NCBI GenBank assembly: GCA_963787195.1
Contig: CAWBCI010000073.1
Coordinates: forward strand, 18,582 to 82,581
Origin: an uncultured Bacteroidales bacterium
Lineage (GTDB): Bacteria; Bacteroidota; Bacteroidia; Bacteroidales; JAGOPY01
Reading direction: 5' to 3'
DNA length: 64,000 nt
Positions 20,057-30,965 of the stretch are shown here, piece after piece. Below the pieces are notes generated by a model. That model searched no databases. It was not told the DNA's origin and saw nothing but the letters and a program-made list of their open reading frames with translations. How positions within the stretch are numbered: position 1 is the stretch's first letter; each line of letters begins with the position of its first letter. Made by a program: the position numbers and the translations under genes.

Positions 20057-21577
20057 TTAATGTTTAAAATGTCGGATGCCGGTAAAAACCATTGCCATAT
20101 GATTCCGGTCGCAGAATTCAATCGAATCCTTATCCCTGATAGATCCACCGGGCTGTATCACAGCTTTTACACCGGCTTTATAAGCGATTTCCACCGAATC
20201 GGCAAAAGGGAAAAAAGCATCAGAAGCCATTACGGCACCTTCCAGATCAAATCCGAATTCCCCGGCTTTAGCAATAGCCTGACGAAGTGCATCCACCCGT
20301 GAGGTCTGTCCAACTCCGCTGGCAATCAGTTGTTTGTTCTTTACCAAAACGATCGCGTTCGAACGTGTATGTTTAACGATCTTGTTGGCAAATAACAAAT
20401 CTGAAATCTGTTCCGGCGAAGGCCTGGTGCTTGTCACTGTTTCCAGATCTTCCGGATTTTCCGTTCGATTGTCCTTATCCTGCACTATCACCCCATTCAG
20501 CAATGATTTAAATTGTTTTTGGGGGAAGTCGTATGATCTCTTACGCAAAATTATTCTATTTTTCTTGCTTTGAAGGATTTCCAGTGCATTTATTTTGTAA
20601 GCCGGTGCGATGATCACTTCGAAAAAAAGTTTGTCAATTTCCAGGGCCGTTTCTTCATCAATTTCGGTATTGCTTACCAACACGCCTCCATATGCAGAGA
20701 CCGGGTCCCCGGCGAGGGCATCCTTAAAAGCATCCCTTAGGCTGGGTCTTGTGGCACAACCGCAGGCATTATTATGTTTCAGGATTGCAAAAGTATTTTC
20801 TTCAAATTCGCTGATAAGGCCAATGGCCGCTTCAAGGTCTCCCAGGTTATTATATGAAATGGCCTTCCCATGCAATTTTTCAAAAACCTCATCCAGCTGA
20901 CCGAAGAAAAGCCCTTTCTGATGCGGGTTTTCACCGTAGCGGAGCGTTTCTGAAGAGGCTATACTCGACTTGAATACATTCAGGTAATTATTGTTATTGA
21001 AGTAATTGAATATAATCGTGTCATAATGGGATGAAACGTGAAATGCCTGAGCAGCGTAGCGTCTGCGGTCCTCAATATCTGTATGGCCCTGTTTTTCAAG
21101 CAGCAGGGCAAAAAGATCAGCATACATATCCGAGGAAGCCACTACCAGCACGTCCTTGAAATTTTTCGCGGCCGCCCTGATAAGCGAGATCCCGCCTATA
21201 TCAATTTTTTCAATGATGGCACTCTCATCTTTAGTTGAAGCCACCGTCTTTTCAAAAGGATACAGGTCTACAATCACCAGGTCGATGGAAGGAATGTTAT
21301 ATTCTTTCAGCTGATTCCGGTCCTCCTCCTCTTCACGGCGATAAAGTATCCCGCCGAATACCTTCGGATGCAATGTCTTGACCCTTCCTCCCAGTATGGA
21401 TGGATAGGATGTCAGTGATTCCACAGTCTCCGCATCAACGCCCAGTTTTCTGATAAAATCATAGGTACCTCCCGTGGAATATATCCTGACTCCCAGGTCC
21501 CCGAGTTGCTTGACGATATCCTCCAGGTGATCTTTATGATAGACAGAAATTAAGGCACTTGAAATTTTTTTCAGCAT
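20057..21577 (-). CDS. purH: Bifunctional AICAR transformylase / IMP cyclohydrolase PurH
   Basis: ALISVYHK, GRVKTLHPK, the C-terminal GGSIRD and the ending TGIRHFKH support the call. Confidence 0.95.
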   Translation of the reverse strand: MLKKISSALISVYHKDHLEDIVKQLGDLGVRIYSTGGTYDFIRKLGVDAETVESLTSYPSILGGRVKTLHPKVFGGILYRREEEEDRNQLKEYNIPSIDLVIVDLYPFEKTVASTKDESAIIEKIDIGGISLIRAAAKNFKDVLVVASSDMYADLFALLLEKQGHTDIEDRRRYAAQAFHVSSHYDTIIFNYFNNNNYLNVFKSSIASSETLRYGENPHQKGLFFGQLDEVFEKLHGKAISYNNLGDLEAAIGLISEFEENTFAILKHNNACGCATRPSLRDAFKDALAGDPVSAYGGVLVSNTEIDEETALEIDKLFFEVIIAPAYKINALEILQSKKNRIILRKRSYDFPQKQFKSLLNGVIVQDKDNRTENPEDLETVTSTRPSPEQISDLLFANKIVKHTRSNAIVLVKNKQLIASGVGQTSRVDALRQAIAKAGEFGFDLEGAVMASDAFFPFADSVEIAYKAGVKAVIQPGGSIRDKDSIEFCDRNHMAMVFTGIRHFKH

Positions 21578-21727
21578 CTTCAGGAAAAGAATTTTGCAGC
21601 TGTCAGCTCAACTTGCCATCATCTGCGGTTTATAATAAATCAGTCTCTTCTATAAACTCCAAATTTAAAGCATAAATTTTAATCTATTTGTATTAATTTT
21701 ACAAATCAGTAAATACACAATTCCTGA

Positions 21728-22972
21728 ATGAAGATATTTTTTAAACTGTTAAGGGAGAGCTATATTTTCGCGCTGCATGAGATAACAGTTAATAAAGTCA
21801 GAACATTTTTATCCCTGTCGGGTATCACAATCGGGATATTTTCGATAATCTCGGTGTTCACGATTTTTGACTCTATGGAAAAAGGTATCCGTGACAATAT
21901 TAATTCTCTGGGCAGTGATGTGCTCTTTATCCAGAAATGGCCCTGGGTCATGGGTGGCGATTACCCCTGGTGGAAATATATTAACCGTCCCGAGCCTGAC
22001 CTGAGTGACTTGAAGGAGATCCAGAAAAGGAGCATGGCTGCCCAGGCAGTTGTATTTGTTTCAGGCCTGAGCAAAACAGTGAAATACCGCGATAACTCTA
22101 TCGAAAATACAGGAATTAATATCATATCCCAGGGATATGAAGAAGTTAAATCCATTGAGGTTCAGGACGGAAGGTTTATATCTCCTTCCGAATTCCAGAG
22201 CGGAAGGAATATTTGTGTGATAGGAAGCGGGATAGCGACCAACCTTTTCCCCATGGAACAACCGGTGGGCAGAAAGATTAAACTCTTCGGCCGTCAGGTC
22301 GAGGTAATAGGTGTTTTGAAAAAAGAAGGAAATGATATGTTCGGTAATTCAACGGACAATAATATTTATATACCAGTGAATTTTGCACGGAATTTTGTGG
22401 ATTTCAGGAACGTAGGTGCCACCATTATGGTCAAGGCAATGCCTGGTGTACCATTGGAGGAATTAAAGGATGAACTGGCAGGCATCCTGCGCTCTGTTCA
22501 CCGGCTCAAACCCAGGGCGGAAGATGATTTTGCCCTGAACCAGACAGATATTATTTCAAAGGGCTTTGACAGTCTCTTTAAAGTAATTGCCTGGGTTGGC
22601 TGGATCATCGGTGGATTTTCACTATTGGTGGGAGGCTTCGGTATTGCTAATATCATGTTTGTGTCGGTCAAAGAACGAACCGGCATCATTGGCATACAAA
22701 AGTCATTGGGTGCAAAGAACTATTTTATATTGTTGCAGTTTCTTTTTGAGGCTATTTTCCTCTCATTATTAGGAGGTATCTTCGGATTGATCATCGTTTA
22801 TATCCTTTCCTTCGGTGTTTCCAGGTTATTCGATTTGAATATGCTGCTGACACAGTCGAATATAATGCTGGGCCTGTCTGTTTCCGCCTTTATCGGTCTT
22901 GTTTCTGGTTTTATCCCGGCCTGGAGCGCATCCAGGCTCAATCCGGTGGAAGCAATGCGCTCGACATTCTGA
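21728..22972 (+). CDS. ABC transporter permease, MacB/FtsX family
   Basis: It has a MacB-like periplasmic core domain and a C-terminal FtsX-type 3-TM bundle. The sequence ends in PAWSASRLNPVEAMR. Confidence 0.8.
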   Translation: MKIFFKLLRESYIFALHEITVNKVRTFLSLSGITIGIFSIISVFTIFDSMEKGIRDNINSLGSDVLFIQKWPWVMGGDYPWWKYINRPEPDLSDLKEIQKRSMAAQAVVFVSGLSKTVKYRDNSIENTGINIISQGYEEVKSIEVQDGRFISPSEFQSGRNICVIGSGIATNLFPMEQPVGRKIKLFGRQVEVIGVLKKEGNDMFGNSTDNNIYIPVNFARNFVDFRNVGATIMVKAMPGVPLEELKDELAGILRSVHRLKPRAEDDFALNQTDIISKGFDSLFKVIAWVGWIIGGFSLLVGGFGIANIMFVSVKERTGIIGIQKSLGAKNYFILLQFLFEAIFLSLLGGIFGLIIVYILSFGVSRLFDLNMLLTQSNIMLGLSVSAFIGLVSGFIPAWSASRLNPVEAMRSTF

Positions 22973-23144
22973 TTTGCCATAGCGGATCTTAATTTTATTC
23001 CGCAAAATGGCTCATGCTGAAAGACAGCATTAATCTTTAGAATAAAAAAAATTAAAAAAGGGCTCTATCCGACAGGTATAAAATGTCGGAAAAGGGATTA
23101 ACCTTCACGATTAATTGATAATTTTATCAGAATTATAAAATAAA

Positions 23145-24887
23145 ATGGAAAAGAGGTGGGTCATAAAACCGCAAGGCGAGGATCATGTTGTGAAACATTT
23201 GAGCCAGGTTTTGAATATCAACGAAAACCTGGCCAACCTGTTAGCTCAGCGTGGCATTACCTCTTTTGACCAAGCCAAGGCATATTTTCGCCCCCAGCTT
23301 GATTATCTCCATGATCCTTTTTTGATGAAGGACATGGATAAGGCCATTGAAAGGATACAAACTGCTATCCGACAAAATGAAAAAATCCTTATTTACGGGG
23401 ATTATGATGTGGATGGTACAACTGCTGTGGCATTGGTTTTTATTTTTCTGCAGAAATTGCACAAGCAGATCGAATTTTATGTTCCCGACCGTTATGAAGA
23501 AGGTTATGGCATTTCGTACAAAGGAATAGATTTTGCCAATGATAACGGTTTTAGCCTCATAATTGCCCTGGATTGCGGAATTAAGGCCACTGCAAAAATC
23601 GATTATGCGAATGAACGGAATATCGATTTTATCATCTGCGATCACCACCGGCCCGGCGAATTTCTCCCCAAAGCCTGTGCTATCCTCGACCCCAAAAGGG
23701 ATGATTGCGACTACCCTTATAAAGAACTTTCCGGCTGCGGGGTGGGTTTTAAATTGATCCAGGCTTATGCAAAAAAGAATAATATAGATTTTTCAAACCT
23801 GGAACAATACCTCGACCTGGTCGTGGTCAGCATTGCTTCTGATATAGTTCCCATTACAGGTGAAAACCGTATCCTGGCCTATTATGGCCTGAAACGTATC
23901 AATTCTAAGCCCAGGGCCGGCCTGCAGGCCATCCTGAATGTCAGCAATTATAACAGGAATAATGGCTATACAAGTCAATATGAACGGGAACTTACTATTA
24001 ACGACCTGGTGTTCATAGTCGGGCCGAGGATAAATGCGGCGGGCCGCATCGAAAGCGCCCGGAATTCCGTTGATTTGCTTATCACCGATGATAAAGCAAA
24101 AGCTGCCGTTCTGGGGAAAAGGATCAATGATATAAATACCGAAAGAAAAAGCCTCGACTCCTTTGCAACCACCCAGGCCCTGAAAATGATCAGCGAAAGC
24201 ACCGAACTAAGCGATCGCCTGAGCACCGTCATCTATCATCCTGAATGGCATAAGGGAGTTATCGGTATAGTTGCTTCCCGGCTCATCGAAACCTATTACC
24301 GGCCCACCATTGTTCTCACATTGTCGGACGGTCTCATTACCGGTTCAGCAAGGTCTGTCAAGGGATTTGATATTTATGATGCCGTGGATGCCTGTGGGGA
24401 TCTCCTGGAACATTTCGGAGGCCATATGTATGCAGCCGGTCTGTCGCTTAAGCCTGAAAACCTGCATTCCTTCCAGACCCGCTTCGAAGAATATGTCCAG
24501 GAAAATCTTCATAAAAACTTACAGGTACCTGAAATAGAGATTGATTCGAAACTTCAGCTGAAAGATATTAATTCCAAATTTTTCAAAATATTGAACCAGT
24601 TTGCCCCATTCGGACCGGGTAATCTTTCACCGGTTTTCGAGACCGACCAGGTTATTGATACGGGTTACGTCCGTCTAGTAGGAAATAATCATTTGAAAAT
24701 GAGTGTGGTGCAATTAAATGTGAATGGCTTCCCTATTTCTACCATTGCTTTTCAGCAAGGCGAACAACTTGAAGAAATTAAGACTGGCCAACCATTTGAT
24801 ATTTGTTATCACATTGAAGAAAATGAATGGAACGGGCAGAAATCCCTGCAATTGAATATTAAGGATATTAGACCTTCGATGTTATAG
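23145..24887 (+). CDS. recJ: Single-stranded-DNA-specific exonuclease RecJ
   Basis: DHH motifs (YGDYDVDGTT, DCG, ICDHH) and DHHA1 (GGHMYAAG) are present. Confidence 0.9.
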   Translation: MEKRWVIKPQGEDHVVKHLSQVLNINENLANLLAQRGITSFDQAKAYFRPQLDYLHDPFLMKDMDKAIERIQTAIRQNEKILIYGDYDVDGTTAVALVFIFLQKLHKQIEFYVPDRYEEGYGISYKGIDFANDNGFSLIIALDCGIKATAKIDYANERNIDFIICDHHRPGEFLPKACAILDPKRDDCDYPYKELSGCGVGFKLIQAYAKKNNIDFSNLEQYLDLVVVSIASDIVPITGENRILAYYGLKRINSKPRAGLQAILNVSNYNRNNGYTSQYERELTINDLVFIVGPRINAAGRIESARNSVDLLITDDKAKAAVLGKRINDINTERKSLDSFATTQALKMISESTELSDRLSTVIYHPEWHKGVIGIVASRLIETYYRPTIVLTLSDGLITGSARSVKGFDIYDAVDACGDLLEHFGGHMYAAGLSLKPENLHSFQTRFEEYVQENLHKNLQVPEIEIDSKLQLKDINSKFFKILNQFAPFGPGNLSPVFETDQVIDTGYVRLVGNNHLKMSVVQLNVNGFPISTIAFQQGEQLEEIKTGQPFDICYHIEENEWNGQKSLQLNIKDIRPSML

Positions 24888-24899
24888 ATTGAGAAGTCA

Positions 24900-25090
24900 C
24901 TTTTCCACTTTTCCACCTGTTTTTTTATTTCACGGAGTTCCACCGAGTAAAACGGAGGACCACGGAGGGGGAAATATTAAATAGTATATTGAAAATTGTA
25001 TATTTTAAAAGGAATGAATATTATATCCTATGTGAAACCTATCCCGAGGGATCGGGACAAGTTGTGCCCTACTGTGCCTATGTGTTAAAA
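24900..25090. repeat. Composite word-like intergenic repeat (modules X and Y)
   Basis: It contains TTTTCCACTTTTCCACC, CACGGAGTTCCACCGAG and CCACGGAGGGGGAAATATTAA. It also has the hairpin TCCCGAGGGATCGGGA. It shares sequence with 9151-9330 and 27036-27075. Confidence 0.75.
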
Positions 25091-25152
25091 AGAGCCATAG
25101 AAAGGAAATATGATTTTGTAAATATTATAAGGATTTGGGGCCGGAGGCCGGC

Positions 25153-26739
25153 TCAATGAACCACCATCTTCCCTTTCCTCTCCATCCCTTTTTCATCCTT
25201 ACAAAAAACAATATAAACCCCTGGAATTAGGCCGGATATATTTAAAGAAGCAGAGGAATTTTGTATGAAGATTGATCTGTTCAGGATTTGCTTTCCAATC
25301 AGATTATATATCTTCAATTCCGCTTTTTCATCCGGGATGTTTTCCGGAAAACGCAAGCTTATCCAGTCCTTTGCAGGGTTTGGCCAAATGCTTAACTCTC
25401 CTCTTGCCAGAATATCCGATCCGGGATTTTGACTTGCTTCATCTATCCCCACCCAACAGCCTGAAATTTCGCAGCCAACACTATCAACTTTTAATACCCA
25501 CATTTTTTGAGTGTTATCGGGGGGTAAAAAGGTATGTGCCTGCCCTATTGTTACAAAGCCTCCATCCTCAGTTTTCGAAACATCGTACAAATAATTTATT
25601 CCATAAACCGGATCTTCAGGATAATAATAATATTCCCTGTACCATAAACTATCTCCTACTGAATTTATTCGCAACAACCAGCCGGCAGGGTCCAGATAAG
25701 CGCTGTACAAAGTATATCCACAGGCCATATAATCTCCATTATCTAATAGTATAATGTTTGAAACAAAATTTTCGGGCCTTGATGCTCCATACTTTATATT
25801 CCAAATAATATTTCCTTCAATATTCAACTTTATGAAATTTCTATCCTGGTATAACCAAAATCAGGGGTCCACATCGAATCAGCATAGGCTGTAAGTACCA
25901 TTATACAACTGTCGGGTGTAAGGCAAAGCATTGCTTTGTCGTCCATATAAGGGCCCCCCAAATCAAGTGACCATTCATAATTTCCCTGGCTGTCGGTCTT
26001 TATAACGAGTGGATCGTAAGATTCATCGTTTCCTGGAATATTCTTATTTACCACCAATAATAAATCCCTGAATCCAAAGTCTGTAATATGCTACAACCAT
26101 AGTCATCCAAATCTGTACCTATGAGGTTGCGCCAAATCTCTTGTCCGGTACCATCAATTTTAATCAGCAAGCAGGTCGCTAAGATAATTTCCAAGATATT
26201 GCTCCCCTATTAGAATATAACCATTATCACTTGTAACTGAACAAACCCTGCCAATCAAAGAATGACCTGTCGTACTGTAAAAATCTTTTGTAAATATCGT
26301 GTCTCCGTTAATATCAAAAAGATAAAACTTCGAATGAGATGAGCCACTAGTTAAATCATGAATTGAACCGAATAAGGCAAAGTTATTATTATTGTCAACA
26401 ATGAGTGAACCATAATAACCTGGGTAATAATCAAACCCTGGTTTTCCGAAACAATTCCAGAATTGTTAGTTCACCTAGAAAATTCAATTTAAAAAAACAG
26501 GTATTATAGTAATAATGTGAAATACTGTCATTTGAAATAGCACATCCGAAATACCCATCATTGGTAGCAATTATGCTTAAGCCCCCAGCCCATGTATTGT
26601 TGGGGTTATAAATATTATTAAAATACCAGGGCTGGCTGGTTCCAGCCCTGGTAAGGATTATAAAAAGAAAAATTAAAATAAATTTTACTTTCATAAAATT
26701 AGTTTGTCGGATATTTATTTTGATGTTTTTAAAGAACAT
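25153..26739 (-). pseudogene. Disrupted gene for a T9SS-sorted secreted repeat protein
   Basis: The signal-peptide fragment is 26431..26739. The middle fragments, including 25830..26057, are broken by stops and frameshifts. The C-terminal fragment 25153..25827 ends in a T9SS type-A sorting domain (LSIWPNPAKDWISL...GVYIVFCKDEKG). Confidence 0.7.
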
Positions 26740-26796
26740 GAATATAAGGCCTGGCGGAATAAATTTCAGGGTAAATATAGGAAGAAAATGTGAACG

Positions 26797-27075
26797 GGTA
26801 TTGGTTAATGGTTATTGGATATTAGGAAAATCTAATATCTTATAGGTCGGACAATCGAAGAAATACCAAATAACAAATTCCAAAAAACAAATAAATTTCA
26901 ATCTCAAAAAGTCAAATTCCGAAGAAATTCTTTGTGAATCCTTGGAGCTTTTGTGCTTCCGTGGCTAAATTATTTGCCTGCAAATTCCATTTTTTTTAGC
27001 CACCAAATCTCCAAGGCCCCAAGGTTCACCAAATTCTTTTCCACTTTTCCACCTTTTCACTTTTCCACCTTTTCA
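26797..27075. repeat. Word-like low-complexity intergenic repeats
   Basis: GGTATTGGTTAATGGTTATTGG is present; compare the reverse complement of 9399-9447. The TTTTCCAC(C)/TTTTCAC run at 27036-27075 matches 24900-24917. Confidence 0.7.
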
Positions 27076-27597
27076 CTATTCCTTCAGCCTACTCATTACA
27101 AAAGCAAAATAGATTAGAAGTATACCAGAAATCAAGGCAATGATACCGGTAATCCATGCCATATTAGGCTGATTCGAATGGGTTAAAGAATAAGAGTAAA
27201 CCAAAGACAAGCGAAAGTAAACCATTGATCAGCATCAGACGGTTATTTGACATGATTGCCCTGAAACGTATGGAAATGATGATTTGTACTAGTCCAAGTA
27301 TCAGGGCCCATATGCCTATCAGGATCACAAAATGCTCAGTGACTGGCGGGTATAGAATAAAATAATTCCCCCTATAATAATGGCGGAGATAGCTTCTGTC
27401 AGCAATAAGATATAGGGCTGGTCATTTCGGATGTTTTTCACGGAGACCACCAGCAGGATGATACCTGCGATCATTATCAGCAATCCGAAATATTGTGCGA
27501 TGACAAGTACTTTATCTGGTATAATCAGGGCTATAATACTGAATATTACCGCAATAATACCATTGATCAGAAAGGTAATCCAGTTGCTCTTTTTCAT
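27076..27597 (-). pseudogene. HdeD/DUF308-family membrane protein, frameshifted
   Basis: Three consecutive fragments lie in different frames. They are 27325..27597, then ILIGIWALILGLVQIIISIRF..., then MAWITGIIALISGILLIYFAFVMSRLKE. Confidence 0.6.
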
Positions 27598-27608
27598 GGG
27601 ATATGATT

Positions 27609-28277
27609 TTAGTGAATATAATTATACAGAAATGTCAAAAGATGATGTTCCAGGACTGTCCGGATAATGAGATAAATTCCGAAGAGTACAAGGCCGATGC
27701 CCGCTATGCGGTTAATCCATATAATATTGTGGGATTGGAGATATTTTTTGATCTTATAAGCCGAAAAACATTTTAACATATCCATTGAAAAAATGGTAAT
27801 TAGGGCTGAAGCAAAAAAGGAGAAAAGGATATAGGTCTCGCCGCTGTTACTGGCATAAAACCCAACCACGACCCCCATCCAGAATATCCAGACAAATGGA
27901 TTCGTGAAATTAATAAAAAAGCCTTTGAGTATGAAGGTCAGTGGACCGGGTATTTTACTTTTACCTTCCTGACCATCTTCTTTTGGTTGCAATTTGACAT
28001 GTCGTCTGTAAGTAACGATCCCGAAAATGATCAGCAATACTCCGCCGATAAGTCCGAAAGCGAGCTGGTTGCGGGGTATATAAAATATCTGTCCGGCGCC
28101 TAATGCACCTAATGCAATAAGGGATGCATCGCTCAGAAAGACCCCGAAAGCAAGAAAAGCACCAGACCAGAAACCCCGGTGTATACTGGTTTGTATCAGA
28201 GCAAAAAGCGCTGGTCCAAATCCAAAAACAGTAGATAGGGTGAACCCAAGTATGACACCTTGTAAAATGATATTCAT
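27609..28277 (-). CDS. LysE/RhtB family amino-acid exporter
   Basis: This is a six-TM protein of 222 aa with the N-terminal GxxLGFTLSxxFGPA pattern. Confidence 0.7.
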   Translation of the reverse strand: MNIILQGVILGFTLSTVFGFGPALFALIQTSIHRGFWSGAFLAFGVFLSDASLIALGALGAGQIFYIPRNQLAFGLIGGVLLIIFGIVTYRRHVKLQPKEDGQEGKSKIPGPLTFILKGFFINFTNPFVWIFWMGVVVGFYASNSGETYILFSFFASALITIFSMDMLKCFSAYKIKKYLQSHNIIWINRIAGIGLVLFGIYLIIRTVLEHHLLTFLYNYIH

Positions 28278-29818
28278 CAGGTCTGTTTGTTATATTCCTT
28301 AAGGTATTCTTCCCATCTGGCAAGATATTCACCTTTGATGACCCGGGGAAACTTATTGGCGCCTCCTTCTTTGCCGTGGATCTTCATCCAGTTCGAAAAC
28401 ACATCAGAAGGGAGGACTTCAAAAAACACCTCCCCGATTGCTGCTATCCGCTCAACCCGGTAATCATCGTTCAGTATTTTCAAATATTCGTCAATTTTTT
28501 CCCTTGCAAGGGCCGGATCCAGCGGGTCATCCGTTCCAAGGAACCATTTATGGGCAAACAATGAACCGTATTTTATACCGGCAACAGTAAATTCACGGAT
28601 ATCCACATTCAGTTCGTCGCAGAGCATTTTCACGGCCCTGTTCATATTTTCAACCGACAGATGTTCCCCGCAAAGGCTTAGAAAATGTTTGGTACGCCCA
28701 CTGATAACGATTTCAGCATATTCCCTGGAAGTGAATTTGACCACATCCCCAATCAGGTAACGCCAGGCCCCCGAACAGGTTGAAAGCAGGAGAGCATACT
28801 CCTTATTTTCCTCCACATCTTTCATGGTCAGCGCCTTGGGGTTTTCAACCATATTTCCTTCCGAATCAAAATTCAGGTCATCGAAAGGTACAAATTCAAA
28901 GAAGATCCCGTTGTCAAGGACCAGTTGCAGAGCTTTCACATTGGCCCTTTTCTGATAGGCGATATAACCTTCCGAAGCCAGATAGGATTCCTGGAACACC
29001 ATAGGTTTGCCAAAGAGCTTTTCAAAACTTTTAGTATAAGGCTCGAAAGCGACGCCGCTGTGTACATATACCGCCAGGTTCGGCCATATATCATGTATGG
29101 TATTCAGATTATAATGGGCAATGATTTTTTCAAGGATGATCTGTATCCAGGCCGGAACCCCCACAATTACACCTATATCCCAGTTTTTGGCCGATTTGAT
29201 GATCTCGTCCACCTTGGTCGACCAATCCCTTTCTTTGGAAATGCGCCTGCCGGGTTTGTAGAAATGCTGGAACCAGAATGGGATATTGCTTGCTGAAATA
29301 CCCGAGAGGTCCCCCTCATAATAAGTCCCGTTGTAATGCAGGTGCGTACTCCCTCCGATCATTAACATCCCTTTTTCATAAAACTCAATGGGAAAATTGA
29401 AATTCAGTGAAGAGAGCAATTGGCGGATACTGACTTTTTTAATAGCCCGTATCATATCCCCGGTAACGGGTATGTATTTGCTGGATGCCTCGGAAGTCCC
29501 TGATGTAAGCGCAAAGTATTTAATCCTCCCCGGCCAGCTTATATAAGGCTCACCATTCAGGCAACGATACCACCACTTCCTGAACATAGTGTTGTAATTG
29601 AAGGTCGGTACCTTATCCTGAAATGCAGGGACAAAATCATTCTTCTTTAAAATATCTGTGAAATTGTAATGTTCGCCAAAAGCAGTGAACTGGGCCTTGC
29701 GAAGAAGTTTTTTCAAGGTATGTTGCTGGACCTTGTAAGGATCAACTTTTCGTTTAGCCATGTCAGGCAGGCTCCGGAGTTCATATGCTCTCTTTAGTAT
29801 AGATCCGAGTATAGGCAT
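28277..29818 (-). CDS. GH3 (auxin-responsive promoter) family adenylating enzyme
   Basis: It is 513 aa. The N-terminal QQHTLKKLLRKAQFTAFGEHYNF and TSGTSEASSKYIP are typical of bacterial GH3 proteins. Confidence 0.75.
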   Translation of the reverse strand: MPILGSILKRAYELRSLPDMAKRKVDPYKVQQHTLKKLLRKAQFTAFGEHYNFTDILKKNDFVPAFQDKVPTFNYNTMFRKWWYRCLNGEPYISWPGRIKYFALTSGTSEASSKYIPVTGDMIRAIKKVSIRQLLSSLNFNFPIEFYEKGMLMIGGSTHLHYNGTYYEGDLSGISASNIPFWFQHFYKPGRRISKERDWSTKVDEIIKSAKNWDIGVIVGVPAWIQIILEKIIAHYNLNTIHDIWPNLAVYVHSGVAFEPYTKSFEKLFGKPMVFQESYLASEGYIAYQKRANVKALQLVLDNGIFFEFVPFDDLNFDSEGNMVENPKALTMKDVEENKEYALLLSTCSGAWRYLIGDVVKFTSREYAEIVISGRTKHFLSLCGEHLSVENMNRAVKMLCDELNVDIREFTVAGIKYGSLFAHKWFLGTDDPLDPALAREKIDEYLKILNDDYRVERIAAIGEVFFEVLPSDVFSNWMKIHGKEGGANKFPRVIKGEYLARWEEYLKEYNKQT

Positions 29819-29887
29819 TAGCTTTTTTAATATATGGACAAAAGTATGAAATAATTACTTAATTTTACTTTATGCCAGACGGGTGCT

Positions 29888-30964
29888 ATGAAATCACGTA
29901 AACGCAAAGCTATCAAGATCTTAACCGTCATGTGCGGGATAATCATCCTATTGCCCCTCCTCTTAATTGCATATATGAGCCTTAGCGATTACAAGCCGGA
30001 TAATGTCATTGACCTCCATATGAAAGGGCCATCCGGAATGAATATCGGTGAAAGGGATACCTTCTCCCTTCTGTCATGGAATACAGGATATTTTGGACTT
30101 GGGAAAGAGATGGATTTTTTCTATGACGGCGGAAAGAAGGTAAGACCTTCCCATTCGCTTTATGAGAAATATATTGAGGGTGGGGTGGAGTTTTTTAAAG
30201 GGATGAAGGATATAGATTTTATCCTCCTCCAGGAAGTAGACATCAATTCGCACAGGACCTATTCCGATGACCAGATGAAGCGTTTGTCTGCGGTTCTGGA
30301 TGATGATTCCTACAGTTTCGCATATAATTATAAAGTGAAATTCGTTCCTGTTCCTCTATTGCATCCTATGGGCAAAGTGAATGCAGGTCAGGCAATTTTT
30401 TCCTTATTCAAGCCTTTATCCTCACAGCGTATAGCTTTTCCCGGGAATTACAGCTGGCCTAAAAGACTCTTCATGCTCGACCGTTGTTTCATTCTTTCCC
30501 GCTTCGAGCTGGCCGGCCCTCATCAATTAGTCATCCTTAATACTCATAATTCCGCTTTTGACGACGGTACTCTTCGTAAACAACAATTAGAGGAATTGAA
30601 AGAGGCGGCGCTTAAAGAATATGCGAAAGGAAATTATGTTTTGATCGGCGGAGACTGGAACATGAACCCGCCTGCTTACCAGCCCGGGGATATTAACACA
30701 GGCGACCTTGCTGTGAAGATTCTGCCCCCGGTTAAAACTGATCTTATGCCCCCTGACTGGAAATGGGCCTATGATCCTTCTGTTCCCTCCAATCGGTTCG
30801 TGGATACGGCTTACATCAAAGGCAAAACCCGGGTGACTATCATTGATTTTTTCCTCTTGTCTCCCAATATTGAGGTCACCTCATTGAATACACTTGATCT
30901 GGGATTTGAATTTTCGGACCATAACCCGGTACGCTTGAATTTCAGGCTGAAAAAAGAAAAGTGA
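29888..30964 (+). CDS. Endonuclease/exonuclease/phosphatase (EEP) family protein
   Basis: It has an N-terminal TM helix. The motifs LLSWNTGY, LLQEVD, GGDWNMNP and SDHNPV are present. Confidence 0.65.
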   Translation: MKSRKRKAIKILTVMCGIIILLPLLLIAYMSLSDYKPDNVIDLHMKGPSGMNIGERDTFSLLSWNTGYFGLGKEMDFFYDGGKKVRPSHSLYEKYIEGGVEFFKGMKDIDFILLQEVDINSHRTYSDDQMKRLSAVLDDDSYSFAYNYKVKFVPVPLLHPMGKVNAGQAIFSLFKPLSSQRIAFPGNYSWPKRLFMLDRCFILSRFELAGPHQLVILNTHNSAFDDGTLRKQQLEELKEAALKEYAKGNYVLIGGDWNMNPPAYQPGDINTGDLAVKILPPVKTDLMPPDWKWAYDPSVPSNRFVDTAYIKGKTRVTIIDFFLLSPNIEVTSLNTLDLGFEFSDHNPVRLNFRLKKEK

Positions 30965-30965
30965 T

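Noticed and set aside
17583-21577. The mreBCD-purH block.
   Set aside because: This is ordinary conserved housekeeping synteny with no anomalies.
27036-27075. Short tandem words (TTTTCCACC/TTTTCAC here, and the GACTGCT array at 56092-56140) as a possible CRISPR.
   Set aside because: The period is only 7-9 nt, there are no spacers and no cas genes are present. These are simple-sequence repeats.
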